Below, in pieces: positions 1 to 13,135 of a DNA stretch of 64,000 nt. The number at the start of each line of letters is the position of its first letter. Position 1 is the stretch's first letter. The DNA lies in assembly GCF_963921235.1 (NCBI RefSeq), contig NC_086113.1, positions 10,664,001 through 10,728,000 on the forward strand, written 5' to 3'. The stretch is from Mobula hypostoma. Its lineage: Eukaryota. A program made the translations under genes and the position numbers. The notes beneath the pieces were generated by a model. It did not search any database. It was not told where the DNA came from and saw only the letters and a program-made list of their open reading frames with translations.

Positions 1-278
1 ATGTGTAGATCCTTAACGTTATTTCACTCTACTTAATAACAATTCTTAAAGACTACAGAGGCCTCCATTAAAGCTTATTCTCCTTGAATACATAGCCAGA
101 AGAAAGAAACGCTTCGATCAAAATTGTTCATTTGCATCCTAAAGCTATTTAGAAATTAAATTTAGTCCATAGACAATTTAATGAAAGAGACAATTAGTCC
201 ACAGACAATTTAATAAGCAGACGTGGGGAAAGTTAGAGCGTCCAGTCGTGAATTAGACAGATTATCTATGTTTACTAG

Positions 279-578
<300 letters not shown>

Positions 579-647
579 AATATCTATCTGAAGCTTGAAC
601 TGTGCGAATGTACAAAGCTGTTTCCCAACAGCTAACAATGACATTTA

Positions 648-1672
648 ACTACCTAGCCACAGTCGTGGACTATTAAAAAAAATGTTGTGCGTTGGCACTC
701 ATTATACTACCTATATGTTTCAATAGTCTTCTGAAATAAATAATAATTTTGCTTTCTCTAATTTGGTTTTAATAAAAAAAAATCCAAAATCTTGATCGGC
801 ATTAGTAAAACCATAAGAAGGAAATAGGTTCAGAATAAGTTCTTTCAATACTAAAGTGAAAGCAAATGGTTGTAGATCCTTTGCCCGGTGGTCACGTATT
901 TTCCCCAGCTAATCCGAGAATCTCTTATTGCAATATTTAAAAAAAACACACAAATGAAAGGACAATTCTGAACCTCTGCACTCTACTTAAATAAGGGAAT
1001 GGGATCCCGACTCTGTGCTCCAATAGTGGAGCGATAGGAACAATATGAACCGATTAAAAAAAAACAAACGGTAGCCATTGTATTAAATTCACTTACCACT
1101 CTGTGATATAAGATATATCTCATGCACTGAGCTATTTAGCAGTCTTATTTTACCTTTATTAATTCGCATCCTAAAATATTTTAAAACATTTCTGCATACC
1201 ATTCACAAAGTAAGAACGTCGTGACTTTAGAGGCTAATTTCCAATCCAACCAGAAACCAAGTATTGAGCCACTCTTATCATGTATTGCAAGATCTGATGA
1301 GTTAAATGGTTTATTTCTGCTCAATTCCTCGTTTTTCTCTAGATTGTTTATTGTGTTACTAGTGTGTCTTTTTATATGTATCGTCCCACCAGGGATGTAA
1401 AGCAATGGGTTGTATTCACTTGGCAATTAAATGTAAACTACCTATACCACAGTAGTGGACATCTTGCACGTTTATGGAAACTACCTAAATGGATTAATTT
1501 AAAAAAATTGTTTCTAGACTGAGAATGTTCTTCTGGAGTCTTGATTTTTCGCCCTTCTTATAACAGTACCATAATATGAGAGTACGACAGTGAAATATAT
1601 TCCGATATGTGTGTATTTTAATGAGGTGTGTATGTAGTCACTTTACAACAGAAACATAATGAATACTACCTA
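648..1672 (+). promoter_or_regulatory. Five miR-196 8mer target sites (ACTACCTA) in the HoxA7 3' UTR
   Basis: ACTACCTA at 648, 706, 1437, 1480 and 1665 is complementary to the miR-196 seed. Hoxa7 is an established miR-196 target. Confidence 0.85.
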
Positions 1673-3049
1673 GAAGCCAGTTTACGTTTAACGCGAATGG
1701 AATCCTTTCGCAATATGCTTCAATACTATGCTGTACAAAGCAAAATAGTTGTATTAGGAGGGAGAAATTGCATTATTACTTTTTGATGGGTGTCATTAAA
1801 ATATATACTTGCTAAAGATTTCAATAAACCTTGTATTATTGACTGATGTAATCGTGTTTCTTTAAGTGTTGTATCAGTTGTCTTAGACATGTGTACTGTT
1901 TAAATTATATTAAAAAAATTAATAACCAAATGTAATAATAGAAAACCCGAACTGCATCGTCAGCTGAATATATTGTGGTTCCATATTCGGTGTGGTATTT
2001 GTCAATCGAAAGTTTGCTTTGTAGTCTGTGTATGTGTTGTTCAATAATAACCGATGTTAAAGGTTTAAGGTGCAATCTATTTAAATATATATATTCGTTC
2101 TTGACATGTATACTTTGAATGGAAACTGTGTAAGCAAAGAAAACCCAGAAACATTAAAACGGTGCTTGAATAAACATGGTCTCAATTTCTTGTCTGAGCC
2201 ATATACCGCCAAATGAGTGAGTATATGGTTCGTTATAAAGGTATGGGATAGATAATTACTAACAAGAATTAAATATAAACATTAAATCTATGCATAACCC
2301 TTCATACATCGTCATACACCCATCACCTTCCAATAATCTCACTTTAATTATATTAAATTAAACATTGTTTTAAAACACCTTATCGGAAATCTTTATATTA
2401 ATTAAAACACATGTAAGAAAAGTGGATTGTTAAAAGTGGGTAATTGTGATTATAATTGGCCAGATGTTTTATTTTGAGCATGTCAATATTCAGACGGGAT
2501 ACATTCGAATTGAGAAATCCGGGAAAAGTTGTAGCTGAGTATTCAACATTCGATTCTAAATCGTGCCCATTTATCAATCTGGGAACATTGGAAGAAAACT
2601 TTTAAAAAAATGAAGCAATATTGTACTAGGACTCAGTATAAAGACAAATAAGAAGTGGGGTGAAGAGCCGAGTGTTCTATCATCGGCGACCTTTGAACGA
2701 ATTTTCGGGCAAGTGCATCTATATACGTTGTGGATGCAGTGCGGCAGTGCGACCTGAAGTTGTGTCGCACGGTATGAACGAGCTGGGGTTCATTTTCCAA
2801 CGGCACCATACTAAAATAAAATGGAAAACTGGGGAGGAAAATAGGAATGGAAAGCTTCGATTAAACATTAACACCGACTTGATGCGCTTTAATAAGAGCC
2901 TGGGTGCGGTAACAGTATTATCCTGTAAAAAAAAACCCACATATTAGAGACGAATATTACTATCATGATAACTTGTCTTCGGAAACTGGAAAAATATATT
3001 TAAACTGCGGAAAAAATCTTTTATAATTTCGCAATTTTAACTTGTCTCT

Positions 3050-3260
3050 TTGTTAAAAATGGCGTCTAGGACCTGCCTCCTAATAGTCATGGGGAAATGT
3101 CATAAATCCGTTGTTGTTTTATGAAAATTTACAACTTTGCAATAGAACTTTACGAGTTGTTCGGTTTTTCCATTGGCCGCTGAAAGTCATGTGGAGAGTA
3201 ACCGTGAACATGAACTTTTTATAATTTCCCTTGCGACTATAGAGCTGCATTCTTGTGCTA
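3050..3260 (+). promoter_or_regulatory. Conserved HoxA7-A6 intergenic element / distal promoter (Hox8/7-6 four-cluster-sequence type)
   Basis: YY1-like AAAATGGCG (3056), clustered CATAAA/TTTATG/TTTACG Cdx or posterior-Hox sites, CCAAT box (ATTGG 3172) and E-box GTCATGTG (3186). A CpG-richer stretch and a splice donor at 3660/3661 follow. Confidence 0.7.
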
Positions 3261-4548
3261 AACGCGTCTTGGTTCGGATGTGAGAGCTTGGAGGCTTTTA
3301 TTTTCGCCGCATATTTTGTTCTTTTTTTCCCCCTCCCAGCGCACTGATTATTGTCCATGGAGCCTCAATGCATCCAAGCTTTCAGCACAGATCTCATGGC
3401 AGGCAACCTCGAATTCCTCCACAGAAGGTGGAGCATTGGACTAAAAAGAGCCGGCTGCTATCCGCAGGGCAGTTTCCTGCAAGTCGTCACTAAACGCCGC
3501 TGGCGGAATGCGAGAGCAATTGGCCCGGGTTGGATCTGAACGGACAGCTGTCAAACTAACACGGACTCTACAACACAGTCTCAATGGGGATGAGTCAACC
3601 CTCCGCACGGCCTGCGCAGTGCCCGGGAAAGCCAGCCCGAGAGATCGATTCGGCGACAAGGTAAGGCCCTCTCCCCATTCGTCACCTAGCAATTCCGTTA
3701 AAAAAAACCTTTTAAAGATATTATGCTAAAACCTGCTTTCTAAAATTCTTAATTTGTCAAAGTTAAAGTCCACTGTGTAAAAGGGTCAACGACCTTCGGA
3801 ATAACCAATTCCAAATATCACTTGGTTATGCATTTTTTAAGCAATTTGAGTGTTGTCAGAGGCTGCTTTATTCTTTGAAATTGTGAAGTATGCTTTTGTT
3901 AAAAAAGAGTGTGAATAATACTATTGACGTGGTATGTTCTGGTTCATCTGATCGACTCCGGCTTATTGGTTCAAAGTATTTCAGGGGGAAAACACAGAAC
4001 AAATCTGAAGAAGTGAAACATATTGCTTGATCGGTATTGTTTTCAAGAAGATACCGTATGGTAACAATTCTGCTTTATTTTTAACCACGGCTGTTGCACA
4101 CTTTATAGAGTGAGAAACGTACATCTACTTAAGTTTAAAATAAGGTGCCGCTTGCAGTGATTGCGACGGCTTTCTTGCACCAATGAATTGATTATTTGTT
4201 TTGAATCGTCTTTTATCAATTAATAATTTTAGTTTAAGATACTATATTTTAAAATAATATTTCTATTATTTCGTTGGAAATTATCCGATAGCAACGCAAT
4301 GAACGTTCTCTGTTGGCGTTTACTTGAAGACGCCATCCGTAATTATTAGAGGTTTATTGCTGCGCTGATGTTGATCATGAATGTAAGGAAAGATCAAAGA
4401 GAACCTATTTTGGGTGTGAGCAGACAAAAGTGCCTGTTATTGTTGGATCTTAGCGCGGTGGTTGTCTTTCTGGCACTGAAACACTGTTGTCTGACTTAAA
4501 ATGTGAAAATGTGTGGATATTGATGTTGGCTATGTTTTTGGACTCGAT

Positions 4549-4563
4549 GCTGCCATCTTGTGT
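4549..4563 (-). promoter_or_regulatory. Putative CTCF site between HoxA7 and HoxA6 (6|7 type)
   Basis: Minus strand reads ACACAAGATGGCAGC, one mismatch from the CCACAAGATGGCAGC-type core. A weaker second site lies at 4601-4614. Confidence 0.6.
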
Positions 4564-7500
4564 TTGGAGTGTGAACAAAACCTGCGCTCGGAGCAGCCCA
4601 GCGTCTCTTTCTGGTCATACGTTGTTGATTAAATGGTTGAGTTCAGTTCTCAAATTAACCGTTATGTAAGTTGTTTTGTGGACTCGTCCAGTAATCATTA
4701 TTTTTGCTTACATAATGTCTGAATGTTCTGAATTCGATCCAAGAGCTTGGCGAAGCTCATTTACACGAAAGTAATGTATTAAATTTTAAACGGCTTTAGC
4801 TCTGATCGTCCAATTGCGCGCAAAAGAATAATAAGCTTTGTGAAGTGCATGTTTGGAAAACCACCAGCAGCATGCAATGATTTTGAATATTTGTACATCA
4901 ACAAATCGCCCCTATATTAGGCATTAAACTTTATGTGATCTCCAATAATATTTATGCCAACCGTAGTTTGAACATAGTTGTGGTGAGAATAGAAAATTAG
5001 ATTTAATAAGGAGTTTGTAATTAATGAAAACTAAGAGAAATATATCCCCGTTTACTATAAATCAGTGTAATTCTAAATAATAGTCTTAAATGTTACTAAC
5101 AATCAGTGTTTAAGGTGGCAAAGAGATTTTTTAAAACAGGCGTGGGACCGAAAGAAGAGCGAAAAATTAAATTAATCTAGAGCTTTAAAATAAGTGACTA
5201 TGAAGTATGTTTTCGATTAATCGAACATTAAATGACCAGACAAATTTTGTATAAATACTGTAAGCTCAATTTATTTTAAAACTCTTCATAATCAAGAGGC
5301 TGCAAACACTACCTTCAATCAATTTACACTGCCTACTTTTTCGAATGTGTTGGAATTAATAGAAATAGTTGGGAGATTATGGAACTTCTTCTCCTGACTT
5401 ACATTTTTAATGCAGAATGTTAACGAGATGTGAACATATCAACAACTAACACAAAATGCCAAGTGGGTAACATCCTGAATCACGGCCTCGAATTTCGTAG
5501 TTTCAGGGCCTGTATTGTATTATTTAGAAATTATGCGATGTTTGATTTAATGTGTGTTTAAGTGTTATTATATTATAAAATATTTATTGGTCGGGACAGT
5601 GATTATGCTATTCTACGTTAACTGTAAGCGCCAAACCAAGGCCCCAAATATACCTAATAGGCCAAGAAGAGCGCAAGGTATTTATGACTGGAATTACATC
5701 TGCTACGACTGTCTAGATTATACTAAACTTAATCACCCCCAGAACGAAAAGTCTTTGCCAAAAATTCCCTCTCATTAACCAGATGATAAAATCTAATTTA
5801 CATATCTTTGCGTTGACGGTAATATAACTTTAATGAAAAAAATGAACTTTAAAGGTACGAAAATTCCTAGCATTAATTTCTAAACTGAATGAGTTTGCAA
5901 TATATTGGTTATTATCAGCTTTGGGAAGGTTTTGCTATTTGCAAGGAAATGCAAGTACGTCAACGGAAAGACTAACGGAATGATATTTTAACCTTTCCCA
6001 GACCAGTTACGATCTAGTTGCAAGTCGCAATAGAGTTAAAATTAATTAGTACTCTGTCTCTAAACAGATGCATGCCAATTAAAAATCTGAGCCGAAAACT
6101 GCAGTGCAGTATTTAAATTGGTCTGCGTTGTTTTCCGTTTTAATGACAAGATGAAATTGTTACTGTTTAATATATTTGCTGAGCTCTTCGATTCAGATTT
6201 ACGCTATTCTGCGTTCATGCTCTCATTATATTTATTGGCTTGTTTTCCTAAGTCATGGTCCAGCAGCAATTGTGAAGTGGTTATTAGCTATATCACCTAA
6301 TAGGAAAATAATGGATATAGGTTACCACATTGCTCTTTAATCCATCTTAAAGTGTCATATTTTATCTTTACCAACTTGTGAAAATTTCCTTTTTTTAAGA
6401 ATACAGTGGTAGTGGTGGGAGGGGAGGGTGGGGTGTGGGTGGGGGGGGGTCTTCAAAAACTAGCTGTCATGCTTGAGGCATGAATAAACGAAAGGCGAAA
6501 ATAATATTTAAAACAAATCATGAGCAGAACAGATCAAACGTGGATGAGATAATTTCAAATTTATTAAAATCTTAGGTACAATTGCAAGAGGAGGCACACA
6601 CGAGGAATTGCAACACAAGGTAAAATACTACAGAGCTGTTACTGAGGAAAGCGGCAAGCGACGGCCTTTCATTAAGAGGATTCGAACTAGCGTGGTCTTG
6701 CTCATTTCCCTCCACAGTCCCGCTGTACTTATACTCACACCTCCAACAGCTACAGATTTTGATTTCGGCAGGCATTCTGTTTGTTTTTATAAAGCCAGTC
6801 TATATGTAGAGAAGAAAGACAGATATATAAGGGTTCAGTACTGAATATTAACCTGTCGAGGTATTTCAACAACTTACAATAAATAAAATAACATCCTCCC
6901 CAGAAAGACATTATAACATTCGAAAATGTAAAATTGTCCAACCACTAACCAACCGCGTTTATGACTCGCCCGTAACTTACAATCATTGTCCTATAATTGC
7001 TTTGTTTCGAGTTCGGGTACAGGGTCTGTAACTATATTTACCACATCACTTAAATTACCCCCACTAAAATAGATAAACAGACACATTGTATGTGTGCATT
7101 GTTTACTCCAGCTTAGATATTTCAATCTCTGTATTACTATTGTTGACGAAAAGAAATCTAACGGGATAATGAGATCTTTGGTAAGGAGCCCCTGGTTTCC
7201 GTCCTTTTACTGCGATCTGATGCCGCGCTAAGGGCGCAGTAAGTACTCGGTTATTCCAAAACACAAATTACTCCATCGAGATCTTCAAAAATGCCTAATT
7301 ATTGCAAAAGAAACATTCCACTATTTTATGGTCGATAAAACCTTAACAGCGTGCAATTATGGAAAATCGAACTTGGGATTTGGGGAGTATTAGCAAATTT
7401 CAATCGCGTGCAATTAAAATAACATTGTGATGGAAGGGAGCCCATATGCAGACACATCAAGTATAAATCCGAGCTCCTGTATGTTTGCAGATCGGTTGGA

Positions 7501-8503
7501 CATTTGAACAATCCCGGTGAACGTTTTGTTCAACACTTTTCTCTTGAAGTACTGTAGTGTTTATACACCAAATGCACATGTAGATACATGCACGCTTTAA
7601 TGAAGAGTGCTGATGCAATAACAATCACTCCCACGCACAATTACTGTGAAATCCTTCAAAGCTAAGATATGGCGTTGTGCTCTTCTGTTGGGATTTTCTT
7701 TGCAAGAATATCAAAATTAAATCTATAAATCATCTCCCTGAATACATACTCTTATGGCTGTGTTCTTCCCTTTCTTTTAAGCAGGGGTAATTTACTGAAA
7801 GCAGAAATCAGGAGACTGTTGGTGTTTCCTATCCCACTAGGTGTAGACGCTGTTGTTCTTTACCGCATTTAAAATAGTCAGAGAAACACTATTCCAGAGA
7901 CTGATTTCTGATGTTTCCCTAGTCTACACAAGCTAAGAAAAAGGGACATTATGCTTGTACAATGAAAAAAACCCAAATGGAGAACTGAATGAAAAAAAAA
8001 ATCTATTCTCACAACTGTTATTTACCTATCTAAATTACAATGTTCATCTACATATAAAACACATTTACTGAAATAATAATTTGTTATTCTGTTTCTTATT
8101 TTCGCATCTGTCTTCTAATCACTGTTGATCGAGCTATTGTTAAATACGTGACGCAGAGCCATTTTTTCATGTGTTAGACTATATGAAATATGCATGCATA
8201 ACTATATCCTGTAACCTAATACGGTTCTCATTGGGCCACTAATATTCTATTAGAACCACCTCTGTTATAGTTCAGAACTGATTTGGTTGTTTGTAACTTT
8301 GCTAGCACAGTCGTCGGATCTCCAGGGAGTTTTTTGAACTAAAGTCGTTTTCTATTGGCCAGACACTGATCAGCTGGTTATATTTGCTGCTGTCGCTTTG
8401 GCGCTCGGCCATCCTGAAACAAACCACCTCGATGACTACTAATAGCTAAACCACATTGTGTACTAATACATAACAAATCATATTACTACAGAGTGTGGAG
8501 CAA

Positions 8504-8933
8504 ATGAGTTCGTATTTTGTGAACCCCAGTTTCCCTGTTTCACTGCCTAGTGGCCAGGACTCTTTCCTCGGACAGATCCCACTTTATACAACGGGCTATG
8601 ATGCTCTAAGGCACTTTCCAGCTTCCTATGGGGCAACCACCCTCCAGGATAAGAGTTACTCTTCACCTTGTTATTATCAACAATCCAATTCAGTAATAGC
8701 TTGCAATCGTGCATCGTATGATTATGGTGCTTCTTGTTTCTACCCTGAAAAGGATCTAGCCAGTATCTCGCCATCCGGTAGTGGAAAGCATAGACCCCAG
8801 GATGACTTCTTTTCCTCAGACCAACATTACAAAACAGATTGTGCGCAAAACAAAATTTTGAGTGAAGAAGGAAACGACCGGAAGTACAGTACTCCAATTT
8901 ATCCTTGGATGCAACGAATGAATTCAAGTTCCA
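8504..8933 (+). CDS. hoxa6: Hox-A6 exon 1 (join 8504..8933,9119..9378; 229 aa)
   Basis: Starts [10 protein letters not shown], contains hexapeptide [10 protein letters not shown], donor A|GTGAGT at 8933/8934. Confidence 0.96.
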
Positions 8934-9096
8934 GTGAGTATATTTTAGTGCCTACAGACACTTTGTTCCAACTTTACTAGAGGAGTGCTTACATATGTTA
9001 ATTACAGTGTTTAAATGGGGCACTCTGGGTCGAATCGGGGAATTGAATAATATGGTTGATTTGATAATATGACTTTACTGTTTTGAATTTCTTTGA

Positions 9097-9378
<282 letters not shown>

Positions 9379-11063
9379 GAGCGCAAATTCAAAGGAAGTT
9401 ACCCTGGGCCTTTCTGTTTGGTAGTGAGTTACAATGTGCTCATTCTGCTAAACAGTTTAGAGAGAGAAAAAAATAATCGTATATCTGTTTGTTTTCGTTG
9501 TTCCTCTTGAGCTTGTGTCTATGTATAATTGGTAGAGGAATTGTTCAAATAATTCGCATTCCATAGGATACAATAATTATACGGTGTAGGATTAATTGTT
9601 TTATAAATGCGAAGTGTGAATGTTTCTGCTTTTCTAGTCGTTACTATGTGATGGGTTGCACCACAAATAATGACCCAATTGTTTCAATGGATAGTTTGCT
9701 CCGTAGGTATAATTTGACAGTCTCCAAATAAATGATCGTAGTAGATATGCCCATTTGCTAATGATAAATATTGCATTGTATATGTCCACAATTTGCCACC
9801 ATTTTTTGTTATTTTTAGAATATTAAGAGGGCACAGTATTCAGGCAGGTCGTGTCATTCTTTCTCTTACAAAGAAAACAATTATATTTCCTTTTATCCTG
9901 ACATTCGTACGATAAACTAAGCTAGGTTGGTAACGCTTTCGCTTTAAATTGAAGTTTTGAGGATAAAAATGTCTTAAATATATATTAAGATATACATTAA
10001 TATATAATTAAAAGCAAGGTGCCCAATTTGTAAGAATTTAGCCTTTAGCAAAAGCTGCCGAAAACTTTTTGTATTAAATAAGCTGTGAAAGGAAACTTAG
10101 CACTGTGAAATTGATCGGTAGATGTCCTTGTTTCAGAGAGGAAAATAATGGACTGTATACGTGGTAAGAATGACTATTTGGTTTCTGGGTTCATTAAATA
10201 GGGCAATTTTCACTAAATGCACAAGTAAAGACGTAGCTAGAGCCGCGTTTAAATTGTAAAACGTTCTTCATGATATTTATTACAACAAACCTAGAAATAG
10301 TGGTCTTGCACAAAGCTGATGTTTTGATTAGGTGGATGACTATTTGTAAAGTGCGCTGCCTTTTGTTAGATAATGTACAGCATTTACTAATCGAACCAAC
10401 GCAAAATGCTGTGCAAAAACATTATTTCCACGTAAACTGGGCACAAAACGACGTTTATATACCAATCGAAAAGGGGTCCCTGTTTAGGATGTAATATGTA
10501 ATAAAGTAAATTGGAAAAATTTAAACGCATCTTCAATATACGTGACATGAGTTTTAAGAACGCGAAAATTGGCTTGAGAGTTTAAGTGCGGGGTGGCTTC
10601 GAAATTTCCGCAGATACACGGTGAACTCTAACATTGTGAGCTATGCAGACAAAATAAAAATTTAAAACGGCGTAACAGATTAAAAGAATTAGCATTTTGA
10701 TGCTGTACGATACCGTTTCTCCCCTGAACTAATCAGCGATGGTACCCGAAGCGTACGAAAATCACAGAATACATAACTAAAATTAAATCTAATTTTAAAA
10801 ATTTCAAAACAAGCCAGTTACAAGAAAACGTCGAGTCCTATCTGTACCACCATCAGCTCTATCTTAAGAAAACCCAACATCTCTGGTGGGTTAAATAAAT
10901 GTACTGCTGTGCGACGTAGATTTTTTTTGAAAGATGCTCTTCCCATTGGTTTATGTGATTTATTCTACGAAATGTAATGGTTAAGTTTGAAATGTGTGGT
11001 AGCCTTAATTCGACCCGAGGCCGATTTTCCCGTTCATCACAACCACAGTCGCATAGCCTCTGT

Positions 11064-11079
11064 CTCCAGAGGGTGGCGC
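11064..11079 (+). promoter_or_regulatory. CTCF site, HoxA5|A6 boundary type
   Basis: CTCCAGAGGGTGGCGC in the CpG-rich stretch upstream of HoxA5, at the position of the mammalian C5|6 boundary. Confidence 0.7.
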
Positions 11080-11200
11080 GCAAGGACAACCCAAAGCCAG
11101 TGCTGGGAGCCGCCGGCGCGCCCCCGTGCGCGCCACCCTCTTTCTTTCTTCCTCGCAACCTTCCAATTTGTAGCCACAGTGCACGGATTTACCTCTAGAG

Positions 11201-11340
11201 NNNNNNNNNNNNNNNNNNNNNNNNNNNNNNNNNNNNNNNNNNNNNNNNNNNNNNNNNNNNNNNNNNNNNNNNNNNNNNNNNNNNNNNNNNNNNNNNNNNN
11301 NNNNNNNNNNNNNNNNNNNNNNNNNNNNNNNNNNNNNNNN
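11201..11340. other. N-run (140 nt) over the HoxA5 proximal promoter / 5' UTR
   Basis: Run of n characters. Confidence 0.99.
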
Positions 11341-11399
11341 GACGCACAAACGACCAAGAGCCACAAATCAAGTAAAAAATAAATAAATAAAAAAATCAA

Positions 11400-11985
11400 A
11401 TGAGCTCTTACTTTGTAAACTCATTCTGCGGTCGCTATCCAAATGGCCCGGACTACCAGTTACATAATTATGGAGATCATAGCTCGGTGAGCGAGCAATA
11501 CAGGGATTCTGCAACGATGCATTCCAGCAGGTACGGCTACGGTTACAATGGGATGGATCTCAGCATTAGTCGTCCAGCATCTAACCACTTTAATGCCAGT
11601 GAAAGATCTCGAAGCTACTCTGCAGCAGCAGCAACAACAGCAGCAGCAGGAGCAGGACCAGAAGCAGGGGCAGACACCAGGTACAACCAACCTGCCACGT
11701 CCACTCAGTCTCCTTCACCTGACCCTCTGCCCTGCTCCGCCGTGGTCAGTCCGCCTGCCAGTGACAACCACCCCGGAATCAAAAACTCCATAGCAAGCCC
11801 AACTACCTCCTCAAATTCCAGCAGCAGCAGCAGTCAAATCAGTAGAGATGGGGTTGGCACGTCGCCTGGTACTGAGGATGACACCCCGGCAAGCAGCGAC
11901 CCTCCAAGTTCACAGAACGGGCAAGGCACAGCACAGCAGCAGCCTCAGATTTACCCCTGGATGCGAAAACTGCACATAAGTCACG
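11400..11985 (+). CDS. hoxa5: Hox-A5 exon 1 (join 11400..11985,12441..12691; 278 aa)
   Basis: Starts [33 protein letters not shown], contains [14 protein letters not shown], donor G|GTAAAC. Confidence 0.97.
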
Positions 11986-12400
11986 GTAAACTCCCTCCTC
12001 TTTCATCCTTGCATTAGTGGAATCTTAAATTACTTTACGCGTTGTAAATCAAAACGCTAAATATATACGCTAAGACTTCCGTAAGGGTCATAATTTTAAG
12101 CTGTAATTATATTTGTAACCATTTGCGGGGTGGGATAATATTAGTATCCAGTTACGTATCATAATGTGGGGGTAAATAAGAATTGTTAGATTGAAAAAGG
12201 TGTGGTTAATAGTGGGGCAGATTCGTCCAAGTGGAGACTTCAACATTTTGTTCCAGTTAAGTTTCTAAAGTCATTTTGCTATTAAGGCATAGAAGGAGCG
12301 CAAAGGTTAACGTAGACAGGCGGGTGCTTAAATTTCAGTCTCCTGCATTCAGCTTGTGTTTTTTTTTGTAGTGTATTTCATATTACACTGATTGCACTAA

Positions 12401-12691
<291 letters not shown>

Positions 12692-13128
12692 TCAATAGAA
12701 GCACTGGCCACTAGCTGACCAATTAGCATAATGTCAATACAGTACTGACTTCCAAAACTCTTTTCCCGTGTTACTTCTATGAAGAAAAGCATTTCCATGT
12801 TGCCGTATTCCAATCTTTGCATCGTTAGTCTGCTTTCTGGTCGTACTGTTGCCTGTACAAGTCATTGCTTACAGTATATTGTCTAGGAATAGGATAGCCT
12901 TGTGAATTATAGCTGTTTTAACTTATTTATATTAATACAAGCGGTATTACTTGAAGTAACTGTATAAAATCGTCTAGTAAAATGTAATTATGTGTTGCAC
13001 TCTGCAAAAAAAGTGTATGTATGTGTTAGTGTTGCTAAATGTCAAAATAGCTCCAAGCTTGCAATACGAATTTAATTTCAGACCATCGTCCTCTGTATTT
13101 GATATCGTAGTGTTAAATCACTGAGATG

Positions 13129-13135
13129 CTACCTA
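13129..13135 (+). promoter_or_regulatory. miR-196 7mer-A1 site in the HoxA5 3' UTR
   Basis: CTACCTA, upstream of AATAAA at 13366. Confidence 0.5.

Noticed and set aside
162-222. Short imperfect tandem duplication (2 x ~30 nt) in the HoxA7 intron
   Set aside because: It looks like ordinary local slippage, with no spacer structure (not CRISPR-like) and no motif evidence.
7222-7240. Possible CTCF site GCCGCGCTAAGGGCGCA (a similar weak match lies at about 18456)
   Set aside because: Core spacing and matches are too poor to call without a PWM scan.
8495-8503. GTG/TTG-initiated N-terminal extensions in the ORF track (HoxA6, HoxA3, HoxA2 and exon-2 ORFs)
   Set aside because: These are bacterial-style start calls or intron read-through. 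Conserved ATG starts and splice sites explain the genes.
10859-11399. ORFs spanning N-runs (also at 16290-16571 and 35836-36213)
   Set aside because: Their length is inflated by X codons from the gaps.
11548-11793. +1-frame poly-Gln ORF inside HoxA5 exon 1
   Set aside because: It is a by-product of the GCA repeat. Earlier out-of-frame ATGs (11443, 11470) would intercept leaky scanning, and there is no independent support.
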